Assembly: GCA_964442435.1 (NCBI GenBank)
Contig: CAYTZG010000003.1
Location: 43,802 to 107,801 of the forward strand
Reading direction: 5' to 3'
Source: an uncultured Bacteroidaceae bacterium
GTDB taxonomy: Bacteria; Bacteroidota; Bacteroidia; Bacteroidales; P3
DNA length: 64,000 nt
In this document: in pieces, positions 1-8,921 of the stretch
Layout: every line of letters begins with the position of its first letter
How positions within the stretch are numbered: position 1 is the first letter of the stretch
Program-made: the position numbers and the translations under genes
The notes under the pieces: generated by a model
Databases searched by the model: none
What the model was told of the DNA's origin: nothing
What the model saw: the letters and a program-made list of their open reading frames with translations, nothing else

Positions 1-82
1 TTGAAGCAAAATGATAAGCCTGACAGGTTTCAAACCTGCCGATATGTTTATATTTGTAAATCATTAATCAAAACAAAAAGCT

Positions 83-3013
83 ATGAAAAAAATTTTTTTA
101 TGGGGTTTTGTAATCCTCTTGGCGAATCTTTTGCCGTGCGCGGCTCGGGCGCAGCAGCCGGCCGTTCCGGCCAACCTGAAAGCCGATGTAATGGGGCATC
201 GCGTAACGCTGAATTGGGAACATCCCGACTTGGGCGAAACGTTGCTGTCGACGGACTTTGAGTTGGAAGGCGTGCCCGTGACGGACGACGAAATATCGTT
301 GGATACCGACGGTTGGACGGTCAAGACGACGAATACGTCGGACTATTCCTGTACGTGGTTCCGGTATCCGACGTCCGATTTCATGGGGGCGGACAATTAT
401 GAGATACTGGTCGGAAACGGCTTGCGGAGCGCCGTCGTATTCTTCGACATCGTGGAAGATGAGCACGATATGCATCAGGACGAATGGCTCATATCGCCCA
501 TCATGGAAAAAGCGGCTTATCTGGAATTTAGCTATTACATCGATCCGCGGGTGGTGGAGAACGGCGTTCATCCGGAATATCCCGACCATTATGTCGTCAT
601 AGCCAGTACCGATGGCGGCAATACATGGGGCGAACCGCTGTGGGACGCGCGTTACGACGCTTCGACCGAGGAAGGCTGGCATACGGTGTCGCTTACATTG
701 GCGGATGTGCCCACCGATGCGATGCGCGTGGCTTTCCGGGCCTATGGCGAATATCAGTTCGACGACTACGGCGATACGATAAACCAAAGTCTGTACGCCA
801 CCTGGGCCATCGATGACGTCACGGTTCGGGCGGCTGATAGGACGCCCAATGTGGAAACATTGGTATCCAGCGATTTCGAAAAGGCCGAATCGGACGAGGA
901 TATGTCATTCGAAGCCGACGGATGGACGGTCAATACGACGAACGATTATGAGATGACGACCACTTGGTTCAAGAATCCCGTTACGGAAGATGATGAAACG
1001 TTCCCCATGATGGTGATTGAGGGTGAGAGAAGCGCGATGGTGTTCCCCGACGAAGCGGATATTTATCAGGACGAATGGCTGATTTCGCCCGAATTGACGC
1101 CGGTGGCGGGTCAGAATCTTTCCATGCGGTTCAGTTATAAGTCGAATGCCGTTTATATAGACGAAGAAGAAGGTTTCATGCCCGATGAAACCTTGGGACA
1201 TTATGTGGTGGTCGTGAGCAAGGATGGCGGTGAAACCTGGGGGGAACCGATTTGGGATCTCATGGAGGATGACAAGGGCACGATGGATGAAGATGGGATG
1301 TTTTACATGAATACCGTAACGGTGAACATTAACGCCGCTCCGACCGACAAAGTGAAAGTGGCTTTCCGTGCCTATGGCGAGAAATCCGGCGAAACGGACG
1401 AGGAAACAGGCGATGAGTTGGGCGGTCTCGGTGGCGTTTGGGTAATCGACAATGTCTTTATCCTTTCCACGGCTGCCGCAGAGGGCGGATCGGCCCTTGT
1501 ATCGCATTTCAAGGTCATGCTCGACGGCAAGGAACTGGCCGACCGTTTGACCGAGTGCCACTATGTGGACAAAAGCGAGAAAACGCCGGGCGAACACAGA
1601 TATGCCGTCATGTCCGTGGCTACGGACGGCACGGTTTCCGAACAGGCTTCCGTGGATGTTACGTTGGCGAAAATCGATTTCGTCGCGCCGCGGAATTTTA
1701 CCTGTACGTCCGAACTGAACGAGGAAACCGGAAGATATACGGTCCATATGACATGGGAGGCGCCGGAAACCGACTTTCAACCGGCTTACTATACGGTATA
1801 TAGCGATAACGTTATGTTCGGTACCGAATTTACCGCCGAACAGGGCAAGGAAGGCATCGGCATGTCGGGTTGCTTCGGGCTTTACGAGTTCAGCATAGAG
1901 GCGGTTTATGAAACGCCCGACGGCGTGTCCGAACGGGTCAAGAAACGCCTGGCGATGGGCGTGCGGTACGGCGTGTTGGACCTCAAGGCGGAGACGGAAG
2001 GCAAGGATGTCGTGCTTTCGTGGTCGGCGCCGGAGGAAGACGGCTATACGGTGGCTTCGTACACGGTCTATCGGGCCGGCGAGAAACTGACCGAAGGGCT
2101 GACGGCAACGACCTGGCGCGATGTCGCGGTGGAAGAAGGCCTGTATGAATACGTTGTCATCGTGGTTTATACCGATGGCGTGGCGTCCGTCCGGACGGGC
2201 GTTTCCTGTCAGGTGGGCGATGAGGTACGGGTGGCCCTGCCTTACGAGGAGCCTTTCAATACGACCTTCATGCCGGTCAACTGGCGCATCGAAAATCAAA
2301 CCGAAAGGACACCCGACAAATACACCTGGTATTTCGACGACCAGAGCCGTTTAGGCGTCAAGGGTCCCGGTTTCGAGGGCTGTTATGCGGCCATCGACAG
2401 CAAGGATATCCTCTTCCGTCTCAACACCACGCTGGCGTTGCCGGCCATCGACCTGACGACGGCGAAAGACAAAAAGAACGTTACACTGTCGTTCTATTAC
2501 AGTTATGCCATCGGTGGCATTTTCAAGGCCGGGGTGGAATTTTCGCTGGACGGCGAGGAATGGTATCTGCTCGATGTTCTTGATAAGGAAAACGGTTTCA
2601 AACCGGAAGATGACGGCGATTTCCATATTCAGAAAGCGGATATGCGTATAGGCAAAGTGCTTACGAACAAAGATTTGGAGAATGCCGATGTGATATATCT
2701 CCGTTTCCGTTACGAAGCCATCCGTTCCAATTTCTGGGCCATCGACAACGTTTATGTCGGTGAAGATTTGACGGCGTTGGAAAAGAGGACCGAAGATATG
2801 GACGTCGTGGTTTCGTCCACCGCCGGCATCATGCAGGTTCATGCCGCGCAGGAAATCCGTCGGGTGGAAATCTATGCGCCCGACGGCCGCAAACTGGCCG
2901 AACGTATCGGCGGCGAGACCACCGAACTGACGATGCCGGTACCCCGGAGAGGGCCGGCCGTCGTGCGCGTAACGACCGCGCAGGGCGTTAAGACCGTCAA
3001 GACGCTCTTGTAG
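83..3013 (+). CDS. Secreted T9SS cargo protein with repeated choice-of-anchor-J/MAM-like modules and Fn3-like repeats
   Basis: 976-aa ORF with signal peptide MKKIFLWGFVILLANLLPCAARAQ. Two internally homologous modules share DGWTV..TTN..TWF..DEWLISP..HYVV..DGG.TWGEP.WD..VAFRAYGE. The C-terminal beta-rich tail (..VVRVTTAQGVKTVKTLL) resembles Bacteroidota Por/T9SS sorting domains. Confidence 0.7.
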   Translation: MKKIFLWGFVILLANLLPCAARAQQPAVPANLKADVMGHRVTLNWEHPDLGETLLSTDFELEGVPVTDDEISLDTDGWTVKTTNTSDYSCTWFRYPTSDFMGADNYEILVGNGLRSAVVFFDIVEDEHDMHQDEWLISPIMEKAAYLEFSYYIDPRVVENGVHPEYPDHYVVIASTDGGNTWGEPLWDARYDASTEEGWHTVSLTLADVPTDAMRVAFRAYGEYQFDDYGDTINQSLYATWAIDDVTVRAADRTPNVETLVSSDFEKAESDEDMSFEADGWTVNTTNDYEMTTTWFKNPVTEDDETFPMMVIEGERSAMVFPDEADIYQDEWLISPELTPVAGQNLSMRFSYKSNAVYIDEEEGFMPDETLGHYVVVVSKDGGETWGEPIWDLMEDDKGTMDEDGMFYMNTVTVNINAAPTDKVKVAFRAYGEKSGETDEETGDELGGLGGVWVIDNVFILSTAAAEGGSALVSHFKVMLDGKELADRLTECHYVDKSEKTPGEHRYAVMSVATDGTVSEQASVDVTLAKIDFVAPRNFTCTSELNEETGRYTVHMTWEAPETDFQPAYYTVYSDNVMFGTEFTAEQGKEGIGMSGCFGLYEFSIEAVYETPDGVSERVKKRLAMGVRYGVLDLKAETEGKDVVLSWSAPEEDGYTVASYTVYRAGEKLTEGLTATTWRDVAVEEGLYEYVVIVVYTDGVASVRTGVSCQVGDEVRVALPYEEPFNTTFMPVNWRIENQTERTPDKYTWYFDDQSRLGVKGPGFEGCYAAIDSKDILFRLNTTLALPAIDLTTAKDKKNVTLSFYYSYAIGGIFKAGVEFSLDGEEWYLLDVLDKENGFKPEDDGDFHIQKADMRIGKVLTNKDLENADVIYLRFRYEAIRSNFWAIDNVYVGEDLTALEKRTEDMDVVVSSTAGIMQVHAAQEIRRVEIYAPDGRKLAERIGGETTELTMPVPRRGPAVVRVTTAQGVKTVKTLL

Positions 3014-3040
3014 AACCATAAGTGTGTTGTTTAAAATCGG

Positions 3041-3076
3041 AAGCCGGGACGTTCTGTACGTTCCGGCTTTTCCGTT
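3041..3076 (+). terminator. Rho-independent terminator candidate after the T9SS cargo gene
   Basis: Hairpin aagccgggacg-ttctgta-cgttccggctt (one G-T pair) followed by a T-rich run. Confidence 0.5.
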
Positions 3077-3084
3077 ATTTATGT

Positions 3085-3092
3085 TATCTTTG
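3085..3092 (+). promoter_or_regulatory. Bacteroidota -7 promoter box (TATCTTTG)
   Basis: Exact TAnnTTTG match about 60 nt upstream of the ATG at 3153. Confidence 0.45.
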
Positions 3093-3152
3093 TAAGTCAT
3101 TCACGGAAGGCCCGACAGGTCGGTTTGGGGTGAAGGGACACGATAACATACT

Positions 3153-4814
3153 ATGGAACATTGGTTTAACGAGATATTGTTCGGGAGCGGCGTGGCGCAT
3201 GCCGTGTTCGCGCTCGCGCTGACGATAGCCGTCGGCTTGTCGTTGGGGAAATTCAAAATCGCCGGCATTTCCTTGGGCATCACGTGGATTCTGTTCGCCG
3301 GCATTTTCTTCTCGCATTTCGGCATCCGGCTCACGCCGGCCGTGGGGCATTTCGTCAAGGAATTCGGCCTGATTTTGTTCGTTTACGCCATCGGGCTGCA
3401 GGTGGGCCCCAGCTTCTTCTCCTCGCTCCGCAAGGGCGGGCTTTCGATGAACCTCATGGCCTCCGCCATCGTGTTGCTCGGCTGCATCACCACCTATGCC
3501 ATCCACGTGTTGAGCGGCACCGACCTCGCGACGATGGTCGGCATCATGTCGGGCGCCGTGACCAATACGCCGGGCTTGGGCGCCGCCCAGCAGACCTATA
3601 CCGACGCCACCGGCCTGTCCGGGCAGACCATCGCGTCGGGCTACGCCGCGGCCTATCCGTTGGCCGTGGTCGGCATCATCCTGAGCATCATGCTGTTCAA
3701 ATATATCGGCGACCGGCATAACGCCGAGGCCGAGAATTTCGTGCCCGGCAAAAGCGAGTCCGAGACCAAGCGCATCAACCTGCGCGTGGCCAACCAGGGC
3801 ATCTTCGGGCAGACCATCGCCGAGATGGCGCGCATCGTCAACCGGCCGTTCGTCATCTCGCGCGTCATGCACCCCGACGGCACGATCGAGGCCGGTCTGG
3901 GCGAACTCAAACTGCATGAGGGCGACGTACTGCGGATTGTGGCGCGTCCCGAGGCCGTGGAGGCCCTCACCGCCTATATCGGGCAGGTGGTTCATATCGA
4001 CGCCGCCATCTGGGAGAAAGAGACGTCGGAGCTCGTCTCGCGCCGCATCGTCGTCACCAAGGAACAGGTCAACGGCGTCCGCATAGGCGACCTGCACCTG
4101 CGCTCGCTGCACGACGTCACCATTACGCGCGTCAACCGTGCGGGTTGGGATCTTTTGGCCACGATGGACCTGCGCCTCCAGCTCGGCGACCGCGTGACGG
4201 TGGTGGGCAAGAAAGAGAGCGTGGAGAAAATCGCCACGATTCTCGGCAACTCGATGAAGCGGCTCGACGTGCCCAACCTGTTCCCGATCTTCTTCGGCGT
4301 GCTGCTGGGCGTGCTCGTGGGTTCCGTCCCCGTCATGTTCCCCGGCGTGCCCGTGCCCGTCAAGTTGGGCTTGGCCGGCGGCCCGCTCATCGTGGCCATC
4401 CTCATCGGCAGGTTTGGCCCCTATTACCACATGGTCACGTTCACGACCACGAGCGCCAACATGATGCTGCGCGAAATCGGCATCGCGCTGTTTTTGGCGG
4501 CCGTGGGCTTGGACGCCGGCGAACACTTCGTGGAGACGTTGGCCGACGGCGGCTATCTGTGGATTCTCTACGGCGTGCTCATCACGGTGCTGCCGTTGCT
4601 TATCGTCGGCTTCTGCTGCCGCAAGTTCCTCAAATGGGACTACTACAAGGTGGCCGGGCTCATGGCCGGCGCCACCACCGACCCGCCCGCGCTGGCGTTC
4701 ATCAACAACGCGGCCCCCAACGACCGCGCCGCCGTATCCTACGCCACGGTCTATCCGCTCACGATGTTCCTGCGCATCCTCGCCGCCCAGGTTCTTATAT
4801 TGTTGGCCTTGTAA
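3153..4814 (+). CDS. YidE/YbjL-family putative transporter (AspT/YidE/YbjL duplicated permease with central RCK_C/TrkA-C domains)
   Basis: 553 aa. Hydrophobic N- and C-terminal halves flank two soluble repeats (LRVANQGIFGQTIAEM.., ..GVRIGDLHLRSLHDVTITRVNRAG..) typical of this family. Confidence 0.8.
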   Translation: MEHWFNEILFGSGVAHAVFALALTIAVGLSLGKFKIAGISLGITWILFAGIFFSHFGIRLTPAVGHFVKEFGLILFVYAIGLQVGPSFFSSLRKGGLSMNLMASAIVLLGCITTYAIHVLSGTDLATMVGIMSGAVTNTPGLGAAQQTYTDATGLSGQTIASGYAAAYPLAVVGIILSIMLFKYIGDRHNAEAENFVPGKSESETKRINLRVANQGIFGQTIAEMARIVNRPFVISRVMHPDGTIEAGLGELKLHEGDVLRIVARPEAVEALTAYIGQVVHIDAAIWEKETSELVSRRIVVTKEQVNGVRIGDLHLRSLHDVTITRVNRAGWDLLATMDLRLQLGDRVTVVGKKESVEKIATILGNSMKRLDVPNLFPIFFGVLLGVLVGSVPVMFPGVPVPVKLGLAGGPLIVAILIGRFGPYYHMVTFTTTSANMMLREIGIALFLAAVGLDAGEHFVETLADGGYLWILYGVLITVLPLLIVGFCCRKFLKWDYYKVAGLMAGATTDPPALAFINNAAPNDRAAVSYATVYPLTMFLRILAAQVLILLAL

Positions 4815-4830
4815 AAATGTTTTCCGAAGC

Positions 4831-6537
4831 ATGAAAAGCGGTTATAAATATATACGGTTGTTTACGGCGGGATGTGTTTTTCTGCTATGGGGCGCGTTGT
4901 CGTTGGCAATGGCGCAGTCCGGGGCGCAGAACACGCGTCAACCGTCGTTAGGCGTGGAGAAATCGCTTTTGGAACAGGCCGACTATTACAAGTTCCTGAA
5001 CGAAGATACGAGCCTTTATTTCGCAAACTTGGCCTATACCGAGAGCGTGGCGGCGCAGAACAAACGTCGGCAGGCGGAGGCGCTCACGTATATCGCCGTG
5101 GCGTATAAAAACAAGGGCGAATACGAAAAGGCGCTGGAGATAAGCAAAACGCTTGGCGAACTGGCCCAACAGCTCGACGATGACCTGCTCTATGCGCAAA
5201 GCGTTTACCAAACGGGTACGGTCTATTTGAAAATGGGGGTGCTCGATGCCGCTTATGCAGATTTGACGTCGGCCATCAATATCTTCAGCCATTATCCGCC
5301 GTCCAACCATCTGGCGGCGGCCTACAACGCGCTGGCCGTATTGTTCGCCAAACAAACCAATTACGCCAGGGCCTGCGAGTTGTTCGCCGACGGCCTGGCG
5401 GCGGTGGACACATCCGACAAGCGGGAATACGTGTTGTTGAACAACAATTTGGCATTGTGCTATCTGCTGTCGGACGACGAGAAGAAAGGCGAGGAACTGC
5501 TCAAGTCGCTCATCGACCTGATTGAAGACGAGAATATCCCCTACAATCAATCGCAAATCCAATTGAACCTTTGTCGAATATATATAGATATGGGCCGCTT
5601 CGACGAAGTGTTGCATTACGGGGAGGCGGCTTTGAAATTGGCCCGCAAGCGGCATAGCCGCAATTCGGAAGCCCTTGCGCTTTACTATATCGGCTATGTT
5701 TATTTCGCGACCCAGCAAAGCAAACAGGCCATCGAATATTTTTTGGCCGCAAACAGCATCGCGACCGATTTGGAGATACAGATGTCCACATTCGATTACC
5801 TGTCGATGCTCTACGGACAGGCGGGCGACTACAAGAAAGCCTACGAGTATGCGGTGCAGCAATCGGATGTGAGGGATTCGCTCAACCAACAGACCAACCG
5901 CGACAACCTCGCGCGGCTCACGCACGAATACCAATACAAACAGCAGTTGGCCTTGTTGGAGGCCGAGCGGCGCAAATACCTGCTCACTTGGATTATGGTC
6001 GGCGTCTTAACGCTTTTCGTAGTGATTGTGTTCTGGGTGTTGTATTCGCGGCAACGGCTCAAATTCGACAATGTCAAGTTGAAGGAGCAGAATATGGCGT
6101 TGGAACTGGAGCACCGCAACAAGGAAATCGTGTCCAAGACGATGTATCTGCAACAGAAAAATCAAAGCATCACCGGCATCATCGGCCGGCTGTCGCAGGC
6201 GAAGCATCTGTTCAAAAGCAGCAACCAGCCGTTGATAGACGAAATCATCCGCGAGCTTTCGCTCTCCACCAAGGATACGACATGGGAGGAGTTTGAGATG
6301 CGGTTCGAACAGGTGCATACCGACTTCTTCAAGAACCTGAACAAGCGGTTCCCCAACCTGAGCCCGAACGAGAAGAAACTCTGCGCCTATCTCAAACTCA
6401 ATATGAATTCCAAGGAAATCGCGCGGCTGACCCATACCACGGTGGGCAGCGTGGAACAGGCGCGCTTCCGTCTGCGCAAGAAATTGGGGCTGACGGACTC
6501 GGAAACCAATCTGTCGAATTTCATCGAGTCGCTGTAG
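4831..6537 (+). CDS. TPR-repeat membrane-anchored LuxR-type HTH transcriptional regulator
   Basis: 568 aa. Signal/anchor segment, TPR-like repeats, one internal TM segment (LLTWIMVGVLTLFVVIVFWVLY), and a C-terminal LuxR/GerE HTH (LSPNEKKLCAYLKLNMNSKEIARLTHTTVGSVEQARFRLRKKLGL). Confidence 0.75.
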   Translation: MKSGYKYIRLFTAGCVFLLWGALSLAMAQSGAQNTRQPSLGVEKSLLEQADYYKFLNEDTSLYFANLAYTESVAAQNKRRQAEALTYIAVAYKNKGEYEKALEISKTLGELAQQLDDDLLYAQSVYQTGTVYLKMGVLDAAYADLTSAINIFSHYPPSNHLAAAYNALAVLFAKQTNYARACELFADGLAAVDTSDKREYVLLNNNLALCYLLSDDEKKGEELLKSLIDLIEDENIPYNQSQIQLNLCRIYIDMGRFDEVLHYGEAALKLARKRHSRNSEALALYYIGYVYFATQQSKQAIEYFLAANSIATDLEIQMSTFDYLSMLYGQAGDYKKAYEYAVQQSDVRDSLNQQTNRDNLARLTHEYQYKQQLALLEAERRKYLLTWIMVGVLTLFVVIVFWVLYSRQRLKFDNVKLKEQNMALELEHRNKEIVSKTMYLQQKNQSITGIIGRLSQAKHLFKSSNQPLIDEIIRELSLSTKDTTWEEFEMRFEQVHTDFFKNLNKRFPNLSPNEKKLCAYLKLNMNSKEIARLTHTTVGSVEQARFRLRKKLGLTDSETNLSNFIESL

Positions 6538-6538
6538 G

Positions 6539-7513
6539 GTGTCCGCTTACTTTCAATTCAAGCAGTTTAGGATTGCACAGGACCGCTGTGCGATGAAGGT
6601 GGGTACCGACGGGGTGCTGTTGGGTGCCTGGGCTTCGATGGGGGCGGCCGCGCCGCCGCCTGTGGCGGCGGATGCCGCGTTGCGCCAGCTGTCCGGGGCG
6701 GGGGTTGAGGTCCTGCCGCCGTTGCAGATACTGGATGTGGGTACGGGCACCGGGCTGGTGGCCTTGATGCTGGCGCAACGGGCGGCCTCCCGCGCGTGGG
6801 GCAGCCGGATGTTCTCCGTTACGGCCGTGGAGCGGGAGGCCGCGGCCGCCTCCCAGGCGCGTGAGAATGCGGCGGCCTCGCCTTGGGCGGCGATGGTCAC
6901 CGTGGTCACGGCCGACGCCCGCTACTGGCATCCGACCGACCCCGCCTCCGCCGCGCCGCTTGTTGCCGACGTAGCGCCCAATGTGCTGCCGACAGCCGCC
7001 GTTGCTCCCATTGCCCCGCAATTCGACCTCATCGTCTGCAACCCGCCCTTTTACGCCAATTACCTCAAAAGCCCCGATGCCGCCCGCAACGCGGCGCGGC
7101 ACGACGACGGCCTTACGCTCGACGACCTGTGCCGCATGGCGTCGGCCTGGCTTAAGCCCGCCCCCGCCGCGCTCAGCCTCATCCTGCCCGCCGGCCGGGA
7201 ACAAGACGCCCTGACGGCCGCCGACCGCCACGGCCTGCGCCCCGTCCGCCAGTGCCATGTCTTCACGTCGCCGGCCGCCACGTGCCCCAGCCGCGTGCTG
7301 CTGTCGCTCGCCCGCCGCGCCGCCGCGGCCGCCCAGCCCGCCGCTGAGCCGTCGTCCTCCCTTGGATCATCGGCTGCCGCTCTACCACCGGCCTCAGACC
7401 TCTCGGCCGCCGTCCCGTCCCCTGAAACCCTCCGCCTGTACGACCCCGAAAATCCCGCCCGTTATTCCCCCGAATACCGCGCGTTGGTCCACCCGTTTTA
7501 CTTAAACCTTTAG
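6539..7513 (+). CDS. tRNA1(Val) (adenine37-N6)-methyltransferase-like (TrmN6/YfiC family) with Ala/Pro-rich insertions
   Basis: GTG start. N-terminus FQFKQFRIAQDRCAMKVGTDGVLLGAWA, SAM motif ILDVGTGTGLVALMLAQR and catalytic DLIVCNPPFY. About 80 extra low-complexity residues compared with typical ~240-aa members. Confidence 0.7.
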   Translation: MSAYFQFKQFRIAQDRCAMKVGTDGVLLGAWASMGAAAPPPVAADAALRQLSGAGVEVLPPLQILDVGTGTGLVALMLAQRAASRAWGSRMFSVTAVEREAAAASQARENAAASPWAAMVTVVTADARYWHPTDPASAAPLVADVAPNVLPTAAVAPIAPQFDLIVCNPPFYANYLKSPDAARNAARHDDGLTLDDLCRMASAWLKPAPAALSLILPAGREQDALTAADRHGLRPVRQCHVFTSPAATCPSRVLLSLARRAAAAAQPAAEPSSSLGSSAAALPPASDLSAAVPSPETLRLYDPENPARYSPEYRALVHPFYLNL

Positions 7514-7755
7514 GCAATCCGCTCCCGCGGGCCACTTTTTTTGACTCGTAAAGCGCCACGGGGCCGTAGTGCCAAAGTCGGGTTTCGGCAGAAGCCAATA
7601 AATCCACAAATTCCACGGACCGAATTTAAACCGGGCCACTTGGTCGTTAGCCGGTCGGTTTAAGATATAAAAGGTATATCTTGTATATTTGATATATTAT
7701 ACATACATTTGCGTCAATGAAAGATTGTGAAGCAACTTTATCATAGACTAAAATA

Positions 7756-8193
7756 ATGGCGATGGATACGGTATTGGTAATGCCTGAAAAGCGAAACCTT
7801 TTCGATAAGCCAAACGAACGTTCGGGCTATGCTGTGGCGGGGAAAGTTGCCCTGAAAAGGAAAAATATCGATTTGCCGTTGGATGCTTGGAAGAAGTTAT
7901 CCATTATGGCGGCGGCGCAAGGCAAAAGCCTTAAGGCGTTTGTGGAGGGTTTGTTGATGGCCAAAGCGGATGCCGTGGCTTTGGAAGTGGTAACTCCGGA
8001 ACGTTCCGTTTCGGCCAAAAACCGTCCGTATGCCAATGCCAATCCCAGTCCGAGTCGCGATTGGTATTTTGAAGATGCGGGAAACGTAAAGGAAGTGGAA
8101 AAACGGGCGGAATCGTATCGGAAAGGCAAATCGAAAAACACGGTCGTGTTGCGTTCCGCCGAAGAAATTGCCGACTTTCTCAAAAACCTGTAA
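7756..8193 (+). CDS. Putative antitoxin-like DNA-binding protein (ribbon-helix-helix-like core)
   Basis: 145 aa. The core IDLPLDAWKKLSIMAAAQGKSLKAFVEGLLMAKAD is paralogous to the core of the 8574-8864 gene. Its stop is 1 nt from the start of a YoeB-like toxin remnant. TACATTTG -7 box at about 7705-7712. Confidence 0.5.
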   Translation: MAMDTVLVMPEKRNLFDKPNERSGYAVAGKVALKRKNIDLPLDAWKKLSIMAAAQGKSLKAFVEGLLMAKADAVALEVVTPERSVSAKNRPYANANPSPSRDWYFEDAGNVKEVEKRAESYRKGKSKNTVVLRSAEEIADFLKNL

Positions 8194-8194
8194 G

Positions 8195-8392
8195 ATGGTT
8201 TATCGTTTGGAATTGGCGCAGCAGGCCGTACAGGATATTGCCGACCTCAAACAGGCCGGCTGTAACAAGGCAATCGCCAAGATTGAAAAATTGTTGTTGG
8301 AATTGACTTTGCATCCTAAAACGGGTACAGGTCAAATTGAAGAAGAAATTGTGACGGTCATCGTCATTTCAGCAAGGGGGCATTATCGGTAG
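8195..8392 (+). pseudogene. Txe/YoeB-family toxin with in-frame internal deletion (likely inactive remnant)
   Basis: 65 aa. The N-terminal part MVYRLELAQQAVQDIADLKQAG..LLLELTLHPKTGTGQ and the C-terminal IVTVIVISARGHY match Bacteroidales YoeB-like toxins as I remember them. About 25-30 central residues (the ..LKG..G.WSRRI...HRLVY.. core) are missing. Confidence 0.55.
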
Positions 8393-8573
8393 TGCCTTTT
8401 CTTGGCCTTAACCCTTTTGGGTGAGATTTTTTCAAAAATTTTACCCGAAAATTTGTATTTTAATATATAAATTATATATCTTTGCGGCATGAAAGGGGGT
8501 AGGATAGGCGTTTTCAAAACGGCCCCGTTACCCGTAAAGTGATTATATATAATAATTTAACATTCATAGTATC

Positions 8574-8864
8574 ATGAAAAAAACAGTGAAAAGCACCGCG
8601 AAAAGTGCGAAAGCGGCCGTTAAACCCGCCGCCAAACGCGGACGTCCCAGCAAGGCCGGCGTTGCGAAGAAGAAATCGAACAAGCCCAAGACGAAACAGC
8701 GTAAGCTCATCGACCTGCCGTTGGAAGTCCTGCCCAAACTGAGCATCTTGGCGGCCAAGGAAGGCAAGAGCCTCAAGGCTTATGTCGAATGGCTGGCGAT
8801 TGAGAAGGCCAAGACGGTTAAAGACGACAAGCTGTCCGCCGCCGTACGCCGCACGCGCAAATAA
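8574..8864 (+). CDS. Small Lys/Ala-rich histone-like protein with AT-hook (KRGRPSK) and RHH-like core, paralog of 7756-8193
   Basis: 96 aa. Basic N-terminus followed by IDLPLEVLPKLSILAAKEGKSLKAYVEWLAIEKAK. TATCTTTG -7 box at about 8478-8485. Confidence 0.55.
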   Translation: MKKTVKSTAKSAKAAVKPAAKRGRPSKAGVAKKKSNKPKTKQRKLIDLPLEVLPKLSILAAKEGKSLKAYVEWLAIEKAKTVKDDKLSAAVRRTRK

Positions 8865-8888
8865 AGTCCTTGCGCAAGCCTATCGAAA

Positions 8889-8921
8889 GTCCCGGGATAT
8901 CCACGTCCCGGGGCTTTTTTT
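8889..8921. terminator. Bidirectional terminator between convergent genes
   Basis: Hairpin cccggga-tatccacg-tcccggg followed by gcttttttt. It lies between the 3' ends of the 8574-8864 (+) and 8920-9684 (-) genes. Confidence 0.6.

Noticed and set aside
3084-4832. 582-aa minus-strand ORF covering the whole YidE/YbjL transporter gene
   Set aside because: It is antisense to a gene with clear family motifs. Its translation is Arg/Gly/His/Ala/Asp-rich low complexity with no recognisable motifs, which is typical of spurious open frames in GC-rich DNA.
7514-7640. GC-rich intergenic stretch after the methyltransferase gene as a possible small RNA
   Set aside because: I could find no convincing stable fold or conserved motif by eye. 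It is probably just the 3' UTR and a weak terminator (cccgcggg followed by ttttttt).
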